Shown here in pieces: positions 51,601 to 64,000 of a DNA stretch of 64,000 nucleotides; within the stretch, counting starts at the first letter, position 1; each line of letters starts with the position of its first letter. Under the pieces are notes generated by a model, which ran no database searches, had not been told where the DNA came from, and saw only the letters and a list, made by a program, of their open reading frames with translations. Location: contig NC_058368.1 in the NCBI RefSeq assembly GCF_018350175.1, positions 112,780,001 to 112,844,000 of the forward strand. Direction: 5' to 3'. The position numbers and the translations under genes are program-made. Source of the DNA: Felis catus. Lineage: Eukaryota.

Positions 51601-53454
51601 AACTTGCTGTTTGTTTTAACACACTACCTTTCAGATATGGGGCCCCTATACTAGCTGCGAAGTCCAGGGCAGTGTCAGGAACTCCACAGATGGTCAACCC
51701 AGCAGCCATCTTCATGTTGATCCTGTTCCTTTGTTTGTAAAATTTTTCTTGAGTGTTTTGCATGCCAAGTCACTTGACACTTTGTGAATTCTGCAATGAA
51801 GTTGGCCATCAGTAAAATAAAACAGCCCACAATGGATTGATTCTTTTTAACTATTAGGCATTTATTGTGAACCTATTAGAGTAATATTTTGATTGAAACT
51901 AAATACTTACTAAAATATCTGGCAGTACAAATTTACCTCGATGCAGGATCAGGTTTGGGAATCATTTATTTGAATTAAAAAAAAACAACATAGGTTTTTT
52001 CTTTTGTAGGAAGAGAAAACATTTCTCTACACCTTCTTTTTGAGTTCAGGATGAGTTAGTCTTCCATGAATAACACAAATAATTGTCCTCTAGGCTCATA
52101 TTATGACTTACAAAATGATGTAAGTAGGGGGTGAAGTATCTCAGCATCCTGAGAATAAAGCACTGGATTAAAATATAATTTTTATATTCTTCATTTTTTT
52201 TAAAAAAACACTAGTTTGGGTTTTTAGACCAAAAATTGCCAGGTTGTGATGCAAAATGTGCTATAACTCCGGTCTAAAGTTGGGATGTTCGACAGGAGAA
52301 CCAGTGGATACAGAGCTGGGAACTTGGGTGCTAATTCCGGAGGTGCTGCTCACAAGCTGGGTGACTAGAGGAAGCTGCATGTTCTTTCAGGCCTTTGATG
52401 ACTGTTCCTGGAATGAGAGGACTACGGGTCCTGCGTTATTTCATTGAATACTCACCAGAGTTTTGTTAGATTATGTTGGTCCCAACTGATAGAATGGAGA
52501 AGTGAAACTTACAGAGTTCACACAGTTTCTTCAAAGTTGTGTCGTGATTTGACACCTGAAAGGCAAAGCTGGTTCTAGGTGCCAAATGCAAATGTACTCA
52601 GGTCCGAGTGGTCTAGCCTTCTCCTGGACACACACAAATAATAATTAATCTATCATGATTCAGTCAATTCTGCTCTTTTACACTGTCCTTGGGGGGAGGA
52701 TTTTGAGCTCAAGTCTCTAATAAAAATTGCATGGGGGCAGATTTCAAATGAAGTTGCTTGGAGGAAGCATCTATGCGAGATGACTATAAATGCTGTTTGG
52801 CATCATTTCAATTAAATTGGGAATGTGTTGAATAAGGGATGGACTGAAATGGTAAACCACTGTGCTTGAACCGTATTCAAGGACAGAGCTGAAATAAAAA
52901 GTGTAAAGCCAGCTGCAAAGGAGGAAGACAGCAGGTCGGCTGCATCGGCTCATGGCAGCTTGCCCTGGTCTCAGCTCTGCTTGGCAGCTCTCCTGTCCCC
53001 GTGGGCAGATGCAGTGAGGGTAGGTGACAGTCTGAATGGGCAGCCTCAGGAGAAAAAAGTGCTTGCTGGGTGGCCTGTGACTATTGTCAGATGGGAATCA
53101 TTCCTGCAACCAGAATGAATATTTTTCCAGTGAAGTCATCTTCTAGCAATTAGTTATATTTGTGAATAATATTGAGATATGTGTGCTTTGTCGCTCTGAG
53201 CACTCAAGATGCAGCTACTCATTTTTAATGGGTTCACTCTGCAATGTCTATGAAGATTCAGCTCGAGAGGAATGATGCAGAATTTTTGATCTTTCCATGC
53301 TGGTTATAGTTTTGTCTTGATTAATTCATTTGCTCATTCATTTGGCACTTTCTGAACACTCACTATGTGGAGAGTTCTGTATGCTTGGAATGCATTTGTG
53401 AATGAGACAAAGATCCCTGCTCTCATAGAAATTACATTTCATCACTTTACATTA

Positions 53455-53660
53455 GTAAGTAGAAAGAGCACTAGCTTTGGAGCCAACCCTCTCTGGGTTC
53501 TGAGGTCAATTCCACCACTTCTTAGCCGTGTGACCTTACTTGCCTGAGACTTTCTTTTCTCATGGGTAAAATGTAGACCAGAATTCTAGCTCATAGCATT
53601 CATGCAACGCTTAGAACAAATAGTGGATGAAGCCATGCTTGGTCCTCAGTAAATGCTACC
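53455..53660 (+). mobile_element. MIR SINE
   Basis: gaaagagcactagctttggagcca...ccacttcttagccgtgtgacctt...gtaaaatg. Confidence 0.8.
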
Positions 53661-53842
53661 TCTTTCTACTTTTCCCTGCCAGTGACTTCCTTCAGAACAA
53701 ATGACCTTGCTCTCTGCTGGGCACCAACCACTTCCATACTCAGGACTTTGTTCTGTGCTCAGTGTACAAAATTCATTCATCTTTTTCTCGGAGTTGTATT
53801 TTCCGCTGCAACTGGCTAGAAACTAGCAGAAAGAAGGGTGAG

Positions 53843-54217
53843 TGGACTGAATGTTTGCATCGTTTGGCTCCCTAACCCTTAATGTGATAGGGTTAGATGG
53901 TGGAACCTTTGAGAAGTAATTAGGGTTAGAGGAGGTCATGATGGTGGAGCCATCTACCATCCACTGATGGTGGATCACTGCTCTTACAGAGCAGGAGGAG
54001 ACACCAGAACCTTCTCATTTTCATGCAGTGAGGAAAGGTCCTGTGAGCATATGGTGAGAAGGTAGTTGTATACAAGCTAGGAAGAGCATCCTCACCAAGA
54101 ACAGGACCACTGGTACCCTGACCTTGGATTTGGTCTTCAGACTGTGAGGAGTGTTTGTTGCTTAAGCCACTCAGCCTATGATATTTTTTTAATAGCAGGG
54201 CCAAGCTGACTAAGACA
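53843..54217 (+). mobile_element. MaLR solo LTR (MLT1A-like)
   Basis: tggactgaatgttt...aatgtgatag...gaagtaattagggttagaggaggtcatg...ttaagccactcagcctatgatatttt...gctgactaagaca; gtgag on both sides (possible 5-bp TSD). Confidence 0.88.
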
Positions 54218-54590
54218 GTGAGCTTGATGCCATCTGGTAAGGTAGGATGGCCATTGGTGCTGATCCATCCATTTAATTGGTCTGAGCACAGTGATCTCCT
54301 TTATAGTCACTTGGCATCTTAACAGGGGTTTTCACAGCCACGTCTGTGCTTCAGAGGCGCCATTACATCGGTGGGAACTTCAGATCCTGGCCAACATCGG
54401 AAGGTGCTCTTAGAACAGGCCACACAAAGTCTTCTTGCCTTCTTCAGAGCTCTGAATTGTAGTCAGTCCTCCTTTTGTTTGATTAAACTGTGGTTTATTA
54501 TTGTGTTTTTCCACTGGTGCCAAACATTCTGATTGACTTCAGAAATGCCATTGCTAAATATAAATTAAAAACCTGCCTCATTATACCTTT

Positions 54591-54653
54591 AAATTTTTTT
54601 TTAATGTTTATTTAATTTTGAAGGAGAGAGAGACAGAGTGTGAGTGGGGGAGG

Positions 54654-54702
<49 letters not shown>

Positions 54703-54827
54703 TGAAACAGGCTCCAGGCTCTGAGCTGTCAGCACAGAGCCCAAAGCGGGGCTTGAACTCACAGACCGCGAGATCATGACCTCAGCCGAAGTCGGACGCT
54801 CAACCGACTGAGCCACCCAGGTGCCCC
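54591..54827 (-). mobile_element. Can-SINE (SINEC_Fc-like) with (GA)n expansion
   Basis: Reverse body; TSD cattat(a/g)ccttt at 54579-54590 and 54830-54841. Confidence 0.95.
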
Positions 54828-55356
54828 AACATTATGCCTTTTTTAACACTGAGTCTTTCTTCGAATTTTTGTCTAAGCAGAAACTAATAATGACTAAGGA
54901 ATTTACCAATGACCTTTGGTATAGCTTAATCAATGGAAGTATCATTTTCAGTTATCATTATATGAATTTCAGGTGAGAGTTGGAGAGAGGAGGAAAATCT
55001 TCTAATTGTATTATATTTTTAATATCATATTGCTAGAAATGTAATACATAATTCATATTCATGATTGAAAGTAAAGAATAAACAAAAATGAGGAAATAAT
55101 AGTTTGTAATTCCAAGCCCCTCTGATAAATGTCATAGTCATTTTTGATAGTTATTAAAGGCTAGTAATCTACTTTTATACTTATTAACCTGGTTTATCTT
55201 TCTCTGTCATTAGATAGTTTTATATAACATTATTTTTTCTCTTTAGCTCAATTTATTTTATTCTGGTTATATAACACCATTTTAATAACTTCATAGTACT
55301 CCATTATATGGATGTACTATAACTTAATACACCTCTATTTTAAGAAAATTTTTAAT

Positions 55357-55476
55357 AGGATGCCTGCGTGGCTCAGTCGGTTAAGTGTCCAATTCTTGGT
55401 TTTGGCTCAGGTCATGATCTCATGGTTTTGTGAGTTCAAGCCCTGCTGTGCCGTCAGCACAGAGCCTTCTTGGGAT

Positions 55477-55528
<52 letters not shown>

Positions 55529-55716
55529 CCTCCCTCTCCCTCTCCCTCTCCCTCTCCCCCTCTCTCCCTCTCCCCCTCTCCCCCTCTCCCCCTCTCCCCC
55601 TCTCCCCCTCTCCCCCTCTCCCCCTCTCCCCCTCTCCCCCTCTCCCCCTCTCCCCCTCCCTTTCTTATGCTGTCTCTGTCTCTCTCAAAAATAATTAATT
55701 AAAAAAATTAAATAAA
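55357..55716 (+). mobile_element. Can-SINE with greatly expanded pyrimidine tract
   Basis: Head ggatgcctgcgtggctcagtcggttaag; (CT)n followed by (CTCTCCCC)n; A-rich tail. Confidence 0.93.
55482..55660 (+). repeat. (CT)n plus (CTCTCCCC)n pure-pyrimidine tandem repeat
   Basis: About 180 bp containing only C and T. Confidence 0.95.
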
Positions 55717-57544
55717 TTCCCTGTAGTGTACCTTTCATCTCCATGACTTATTCGTTCCATAACAGGAAGAATGGAATGTAACCTATTCACCACCACCGCC
55801 ACCCCCCTCCCTCTTTACATTTTATCCCTCAGTTTTGGGGACACAATTAACAATATAATGATGAGAATCTACATAGCCAAATATTTTATCTGTTTCATGC
55901 ATATTTCTTTAGAGTACCTCTCTAAAGGCAAAATGGTGGGTCCCCACTTACAACCAGATTCCATTTAATTCATATTTATTTAACAAACCTTTGTAAGCAT
56001 CTGTTATTTTCAGGCAGTAATAGACCCTGGAGAAAAGTCATGTGAATAAGACATTCCCCGTCCTTACAAAGCTTATAGTCTCATGAAGTTGTCCAATTTA
56101 TCCTCCTGCAAGCAGAATATGAGAGTGTCTTTCATAATATATGAATTGGCTCCTTCAAAAATGCCTTTAAAAGCGTCTCATATATGTTTGTTGAACTGAA
56201 AAATAAAAACTTTCCCAGTGTTCCAACATTGTCCCATGTGAAGGTGCAGTACCAAATTGTAGCAGTGCATGGGGAAGGCTGGTCAGAAAATGATGACCTT
56301 TCACTTCTTGGAAGCGAGCATGGGCTCGATAAACTAGTATTTTTATGCCTTGACTTGTCATATGTTTTATGCCCAAAACCTCATGTGTTCCTCATTTTAG
56401 CACCTCTGGTGTCTGCCTGTCTGGAGCAACCCAGAGTTGGATGTTCCGTTTGAATGTCATGGCATTTGTGTCCAAACAAATTAGTATCTGAAATGGCTCA
56501 AATGGAAACACATTCCCACATAGGGCAGGGGACTGGACAAGATGGCTTTGAAATGCTTTCCAGCCCTATTTTTCCCCTTCCTTTGTCGTTTTAAAAACAG
56601 AAAAGGGTCTTCAAAAAGAACAAAATCTGTTTGAACTCAGATAAAAATTATTTAAATCATTAACAAAGAAAGAAATCTATCTTTCCTCAACACAAAGAGA
56701 TCCCAAAATGTCATACCCAAATCTGCAACATGGAAAATCTGAACCATTGAAAATCATACATTAACTATGGTTATAAGATAGTCATCTCATCTCAACAGCT
56801 AAAAATATACAGGGACAGTCAGAAATATTGCCATTTTTTTATATCCAGTGAAATAGCTTCATTTTTACTCCACAAAGAAAAAGGCTCCTTTGAACACTGA
56901 ACAATATTAAATTTGTTCTTAACTCCCATTATGCCACATTCTATCTTAAGGTCATTACTGCCAGTTCTTTTCTGGCCAGGGTGCCTCCACTGTACCAGGG
57001 TGCTCCCAGGGCCCTCCCGCATTCCTCATTCTTGGTGAACTATAGCCCATCTCACTCCGGTCCAAGGCCTCCAATCTGTTTTGGTCTCCGACAGCTCCTA
57101 CACACCCCTTAATGCCCACTATGCTTATTTAATGGCTAGCTAGGCTAAAAGTGTGCAATTGAGTTAACAAAAGCCTCTTGAAGGGCGACTTTTGCACTGA
57201 AAGAATAGAGACCAACACATTTTTCCAACACTTTCAAGTAAGGCTTTGGGCAAAAGAAACTGACATTGGAAAGAAGAGGTGTGAAGTCAGTAACCTCGAC
57301 ATCAAAAGTGAGGAGAGTGAGGTAGGGAGAAGTGAGACACCAAAGGATCATTTGATTTGGCAGAATAACATAGGCCTTTGTAGCAGTTAATCTACTGTGT
57401 TTTTCTGCTTAGGAACTTCATATCTGGGGGAACTATAAACACCTATTTCCCTGAAAAGTCTAACTTGATTTTATTTCAATTGCAGCTGGTCAGTTTCACA
57501 ATACCCAAGGGGCTAGGTTTCTCCATAAGTTTGTCTAGAACTGG

Positions 57545-57690
57545 ACCAGTATGTTGCACACACATCAGTGAGATTAAAAACCTCCTAGAGACCTTGCCAT
57601 AATGCAGGGTCCCAGGCCTTGCTTTCCATTTATTTTCATTTAGGAGGTCTGGGTGGGAGTCCGATAATCCTGATGCAGATGCATCTAGGG
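57545..57690. mobile_element. MER5-like (hAT-Charlie) relic
   Basis: aatgcagggtcccaggcc...ggaggtctgggtgggag...tcctgatgca. Confidence 0.5.
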
Positions 57691-58179
57691 ATGAAGTGCC
57701 TGGTGCCTGACTGTGGATATTTTATGGAGAAATTTGGACTCATTTTGGTGAAATGTGAGGTTTTGGAAATCATGCCAAGATTTTAGCATAGTAGTTCTTA
57801 AGTTGTGTGGTGGTGTGAGTCAAGTTCAGGCAAAAGAAAGGAAATAGATCTCCATGTTCCATGACCACATGGGGGAATATACCATCAGACAAGAATGGAC
57901 AGGCTTGGTTCTGAGCCACTTAAATATCTGAGATAATTAAAAACATGAAGGCCTCAAGTATATTAGATAGGACAGGCTCAAGTGAATGGAAATGAGTTCA
58001 GATATTGAAAGCTTTTGGTGCTCAGCATGAACGCTTGCTTACCTCAAATTCTATTATAAAAGAGAGTCTGAGGGCCAACGAATAGCATATATAAAGAGTA
58101 AAGGAATTGCCTCATTTTTGAACCCACTTACCCTTTCTGATCTTATAAAGAAGGGCTCCCATCATCCGTAGGCAAGAGT

Positions 58180-58670
58180 CCACACTCCCCAGTATAGTAC
58201 ATCAAAGCATTAATTATCAGGTACATCTACCTGCCCAACCTCCCACAGCTCCTCAGCACTCTCCCGACACACTCAGGGCTCTAGTCCCATCAGCTGCTGC
58301 AAGACCCTCAAGCATACTCTTCTGGAGAGCATGCCTTGCCCTTTGGTGCCCCCTCATCCACTATACTTCCCCTGGAACCATGCTCCAAAGCAATCAATCA
58401 CTTCTCATACCTCTGTTCTGGAGGTGCTTCCTCTTTGAACCCTTTACTGTTCTCACCCACTGTGGTGGAGTATCTGTGCTTTGTTTAATGGCCCCATAGC
58501 CACCTAAACCCACTCCATAATGGTTTTTAGGGCAGATTACTGCATTAACTTATTTACTTGTCTGTCTCCCCTTATTAGACTGACAACCCCTCTGGGGCAG
58601 AGGGCAACCATGTGCATGATGGCATCACAGGGTTTGGAATTGGGCAGATATTGAATGAATATTTTTAATG
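58180..58670 (+). mobile_element. L2 LINE 3' region
   Basis: tttacttgtctgtctcccctt attagactg...ggggcagagg...ttgaatgaat terminal motif. Confidence 0.7.
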
Positions 58671-58987
58671 TGAAATACTAAGACCATCAGTTTCTTGGGC
58701 AAACTCAAGGACAGGGTGATGATAGAGCTAATGTTTTAAACCTTGGCTCCTTTATAATGCTTTTATCTGGAGTGAAGAAGGTTTGTGTTGGGGATGTCCC
58801 TCTGCGTCACCAGAGTGGTTTGTGGCTTTCCCAGTTTCAGGGCATATTTCTGAGATGCATTCAATTTGGCCTCTAATCTCTGTGCCCGGTGTCTGCTCAC
58901 CAGCCACGATGTGCTTTTGGAGACTGAGTCTTGAAAGCTACACTTGAGTCAGATAGGACCTCAGGCAATTTTTCTTCACTTTTCAAG

Positions 58988-59185
58988 ATTTTTTTTAAGG
59001 TTTATTTATTTTATCTTGAGAGAGACAGAGAGTGTGAATGGGGGAGGGGCAGAGAGAGAGAGGGAGAGAATCCTAAGCAGGTTCCATGCTGTCAGTGAGG
59101 AGGCTCAAAGTCATGAACCGTGAGATCATGACCCAAGCTGAAATCAAGAGTCGGACACTTAACCAACTGAGCCACCCAGGTGCCC
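58988..59185 (-). mobile_element. Can-SINE
   Basis: T-rich tail; reverse head gagtcggacacttaaccaactgagccacccaggtgccc. Confidence 0.93.
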
Positions 59186-59659
59186 TCCTTTTTTTCCTCA
59201 AGGTTCCTCAAGGTTTTAATTTTTAATTTAATGAGCAACCTAAAGTTACTCATTTTAGCAGTCCTACAGCTAAAATCCTGTTAGTTTGTATATTTAGTAA
59301 TTTATATCAATCTGTTGATTATTTGGAGATGCTTTCTTTTTTTTCCTGTGAAGGAAATGGGATTAATCAGCTTCTCCAGATTGAATTCTCTTCTGTTTTA
59401 TAAATCAGCTCTTTCAGTCCTATTGAGAAATAAGAGGCTTTTCTGACAGCAGCTTCTAACCAGACCTGGTCTGGCTGCTTGTCAGGAGAATGGTAAAAGG
59501 TAGTGGAGTGGCAAATCTTTAACTGCCCAAACCAAACAGCCTACAGCATCTTCACCTCTGGAAGCTCTAGGGCACATGCCAGCTTAAGGAAAGCTACAGA
59601 CAGACCAAAAGCACCCTATTACTCTCTGCTGATAGGTTTTATTCACTAATTTATAGTCA

Positions 59660-60110
59660 CTGATTTATTCATTCATCTTAATATTGGTTGAGTCCCTCTC
59701 TGTGTCCTAAGTTCTGCTGGGTCTTGGCATGAGGAGATGACTATTTCCAGTCTCAAGGGGGGACATATGAGTAAATACTTACACAGCTGTTTGGGGTTCT
59801 GAGCTCAAGGGAAGTGTGACACCCTGGGGACAAGTTAGGAAAGAAGGGACTCTCTGGGCGGAATTGAGGGAGGGCCTTCTGATAGTATAACTGCACTGGG
59901 CAAGACAGCATGCTTGTGGGTGGTGAGCAGGGCCAGCCAGGAGAGGAGAGAGCTGCTAAAATATTTCCTCAGAGTGCATGCGTTATTTGGAGATCACAAA
60001 TTTGTTGGTTTGGCCAGAGCATGGGGTACAGATGTGAAGGTAGAGACAGGAGGCTGTAAAATGGGAAGACAGTCCTAGATGTGAAGGGACTTGCCTGCCA
60101 GATTAATACA
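59660..60110 (-). mobile_element. L2 LINE 3' region
   Basis: tttattcattcat...aatattggttgagtccctctctgtg...tttggccagagcatgggg...gaagggacttg. Confidence 0.65.
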
Positions 60111-61094
60111 GGTCCCCAGGAGATGAATTTGTTGTAGACTTTTCCTGCTGTTGTGGCTCATCTCCACCTCACCATACAAACATACATCCATATAGTAGAT
60201 AAAAACAAACCATTAGAACAGCTGGACAATAAAAATCATGAGACTACAATTGTAATATAATGTATTTAAAATAGTGCCATGCCAAATTGACTGATTTGAT
60301 CGTTATTTTCTCCCCCCTCTAATGTGCTCCTGCCACCTGCCTTGGAGGAAGGGCATCCCGACAGCACCCTTAACACAGTGGTTTCCCCAGACTCCCTTTG
60401 AGTGCAGCTAAAACAGACAAACGCGCTTCTAATTGCCAGAGACATCTTTGTTCTCTCTACAAAGACAAGCTTCTTTCAGCCCTTTGTGCCGTCATCTCAA
60501 TCTGTTAGACACTTTCTGTTGGGTGTGGGTTTTGCCGTGATGGGTTTCTTTAACGGGACTCGCTGTTGCTTTTTATCTGAAAGAAAGGGCTGCAAGAATT
60601 CAATGGATTATTTATTAAACAGCCAGTGCTGCTTTGAGAGACTTTTTTTTTTTTCTTTTGAGTGTTTAATAACGATTCTCCTCTTGGATGCTCTCTGCAT
60701 AAAAGAAGTTAAACTATTGAAGAAATGATTTAACCATTTTAAAACTAATACACTTTAGAATTCTGATTTCAGATAAGGTAGAATTTTATTAACAAAGGGA
60801 AAATCTCATTTTCACCAAGTGGAGCTGTGTTCCTACGGGGAGGACAAGCCCAAGAGAGTGTCTGGGAAAGTGTGACTCAGGTGATTGACAGCCCAAGGTA
60901 CAATTAATGTAGCGCTCAGTGTCCTGCCAGTGAATCCAGAAGACTATCCTTCTCTGATCCCCTACCCCCACACCCCACTCTGCCCCCAAAACCAAAGAGG
61001 ACCCAGAAGGAGATACACATAAAAGTAGTATTCCTGATAAACGGCTTTGGGTCAGATCCTTGTGTAAATGAACAAATTACAAGCTATTTTCTTC

Positions 61095-61320
61095 ATAATA
61101 TTAGCTAACATGCTTTGAGTGTAAGGACTATGCAAAGCATCTTATAGGTGATATTACCTTTTCCTAAAGGGGTCTGTGAGGAGGTATGATGATTTTCTTC
61201 ATTTTACACAGGGCCTGAGGGGTTGAGTAACTGCCAAGGTTAAGCAGCTTCTAAATATCATTGTCAGCATCCAAATTCTGGTCCATCCTCAAAGCACAGG
61301 TTTTTGACAATGCCATTATG
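61095..61320 (-). mobile_element. MIR SINE
   Basis: agctaacat...gcaaagcatctt...ctgtgaggagg...cattttacacaggg...gttgagtaactgccaaggt. Confidence 0.75.
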
Positions 61321-61532
61321 ATCTCTTGATATTTTTATTAGTTTCTTTGATAAAACTATAGGACTTCTCCCTCTAATCATCAGTCTTCACAGGCCTGATA
61401 GTAATGGGCTTTTTAAAAACAAAGTAGAAAGAAGCTTATTCAACATAGACTTCCTTGCTGGGTGGGCTCCCCTCCACCACCCTGGCTCTCTCCCGTCAGT
61501 CCATGTAGCATGGACTGCCTCTTCGCCCTTCC

Positions 61533-64000
61533 TCGAGTGCACATGGAACAATCTCCAAGATAGATCACATACTGGGTCACAAAACAGCCCTTCATAAGTA
61601 TAAAAGAATTGAGATCATACCATGCATACTTTCAGACCACAGTGCTATGAAGCTTGACATCAACCACAAGAAAAAGTCTGGAAAACCTCCAAAAGCATGG
61701 AGGTTAAAGAACACCCTACTAAAGAATGAATGGGTCAACCAGGCAATTAGAGAAGAAATTAAAAATATATATGGAAACAAATGAAAATGAAAATACAATC
61801 CAAATGCTTTGGGATGCAGCGAAGGCAGTCCTGAGAGGAAAATACATTGCAATCCTGGTCTATCTCAAGAAATAAGAAAAATCCCAAATACAAAATCTAA
61901 CAGCACACCTAAAGGAACTAGAAGCAGAACAGCAAAGACACCCCAAACCCAGCAGAAGAAGAGAAATAATAAAGATCAGAGCATAAATAAACAATATAGG
62001 ATCTAAAAAAACTGTAGAGCAGATCAGTGAAGCCAAGAGTTGGTTTTTTGAAAAAATAAAATTGGTAACCTTCTAGCCAGGCTTCTCAAGAAGAAAAGGG
62101 ATATGACCCAAATAGATAAAATCATGAATGAAAATGGAATTATTGCAACCAATCCCTCAGAAATACAAGCAATGATCAGGGAATACTATGAAAAATTATA
62201 TGCCAACAAACGGGATAACCTGGAAGAAATGGACAAATTCCTAAGCACCCACACACTTCCAAAACTCAAACAGGAAGAAATAGAAAACTTGAACAGACCC
62301 ATAACAAGCGAAAAAATTGAATCAGTTATCAAACATCTCCCAACAAATAAGAGACCAGGACCAGATGGCTTCCCAGGGGAATTCTACCAGACATTTAAAG
62401 CAGAGATAATACCTACTCTTCTCAAGCTGTTCCAAAAAATAGAAAGGGAAGGAAAACTTCCAGACTCATTCTATGAAGCCAACATTACTTTGATTCCTAA
62501 ACCAGACAGAGACCCAGCAAAAAGAGGCCAATATCCGTGATGAATATGGATGCAAAAATTCTCGATAAGATACTAGCATATCGAATTCAACAGCATGTAA
62601 GAAGAATTATTCACCATGATCAAGTGGGATTCATTCCTGGGCTGCAGGGCTGGTTCAACATTAGTAAATCAATCAATGTGATATATCACATTAACAAAAG
62701 AAAAGATAAGAACCATATGATCCTGTCAATCGATGCAGAAAAAGCATTTGACAAAATTCAGCATCCTTTCTTAATAAAAACCCTGGAGAAAGTCGGGATA
62801 GAAGGAACATACTTAAACATCATAAAAGCCATTTATGAAAAGCCCACAGCTAATATCATCCTCAATGGGGAAAAACTGAGAGCTTTCCCCCTGAGATCAG
62901 GAACACGACAGGGATGTCCACTCTCACCGCTGTTGTTTAACATAGTGTTGGAAGTGCTAACATCAGCAATCAGACAACAAAAGGAAATCAAAGGCATCAA
63001 AATTGGCAAAGATGAAGTCAAGCTTTCACTTTTTGCAGATGACATGATATAATATATGGAAAACCCAATAGACTCCACCAAAAGTCTGCTAGAACTGATA
63101 CATGAATTCAGCAAAGTCGCAGGATACAAAATCATTGTACAGAAATCAGTTGCATTCTTATACACTAATAATGAAGCAACAGAAAGATAACGAAACTGAC
63201 CCCATTCACAATTGCACCAAGAAGCATAAAATACTTAGGAATAAACCTAACCAAAGATGTAGAAGATCTGTATTCTGAAAACTATAGAAAGCTTATGAAG
63301 GAAATTGAAGAAGATTGATACAAAGAAATGAAAAAACATTCCATGCTCATGGATTGGAAGAATAAATATTGTTAAAATGTCAATACTACCCAAAGCTATC
63401 TACACATTCAATGCAATCCCAATCAAAATTGTGCCAGCATTCTTCTTGAAGCTAGAACAAGCAATCCTAAAATTTGTATGGAACCACAAAAGACCCCGAA
63501 TAGCCAAAGTAATGAAGAAGAAGACCAAAGCGGGAGGCATCACAATCCCAGATTTTAGCCTCTGAGCTAATCATCAAGACAGCATGGTATTGGCACAAAA
63601 ACAGACACATAGACCAATGGAATAGAGTAGAAACCCCAGAACTAGACCCACAAAAGTATGGCCAACTAATCTTTGATGAAGTAGGAAAGAATATCCAATG
63701 GAAAAAAGACAGTCTCTTTAATAATGGTGCTGGGAGAACTGGACAACAACATGCAGAAGGATGAAACTACACCACTTTCTTACACAATTCAGAAAAATAA
63801 ACTCAAAATGGATAAAGGACCTGAATGTGAGACAGGAAGCCATCAAAACCCTCGAGGAGACAGCAGGAAAAAACCTCTCTGACCTCAGCCACAGCAATTT
63901 CTTACTCAACACATCTCTAAAGGCAAGGGAATTAAAAGCAAAAATGAACTATTGGGACCTCATGAAGATAAAAAGCTTCTGCACTGCAAAGGAAACAATC
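61533..64000 (+). mobile_element. LINE-1 ORF2 (end of endonuclease, Z region, RT), 5'-truncated, disrupted, runs off the right window edge
   Basis: ORF fragments [82 protein letters not shown]; several stops and frameshifts. Confidence 0.97.

Noticed and set aside
61533..64000. Active LINE-1
   Set aside because: Lacks the 5' UTR, ORF1 and most of the endonuclease; ORF2 is split into several fragments with a stop just after FADDMI

Overview
Mammalian genomic DNA, almost certainly a carnivore and most likely a felid: it carries many tRNA-derived Can-SINEs of the cat SINEC_Fc type and carnivore-type LINE-1 3' ends. The window looks intronic or intergenic. I recognise no host protein-coding exon, RNA gene or CpG island. 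The only ORFs with recognisable homology are broken LINE-1 ORF2 pieces (about 32.5-34.7 kb, 38.6-40.6 kb and 61.5-64 kb) and a broken Tigger1 transposase (about 26.9-27.5 kb). A large part of the window is transposon debris of different ages: ancient MIR, L2, MLT1, MER and L1M elements, plus younger Can-SINEs and L1s with target-site duplications (TSDs). Repeat family names are assigned by eye from remembered consensus sequences and need RepeatMasker/Dfam confirmation. I found no evidence of a novel multi-gene biological system. The best-supported observations are retrotransposition footprints: an L1 with a duplicated 3' end inside a single TSD pair, a target site hit twice (three TSD copies), a twin-primed inverted L1 inserted in another L1's tail, and an L1 inside a SINE. 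Weaker, inference-level candidates are a pre-miRNA-like hairpin, paired TCACGTGA E-boxes, a few splice-site-bounded exon candidates and several repeat-free enhancer-like stretches.
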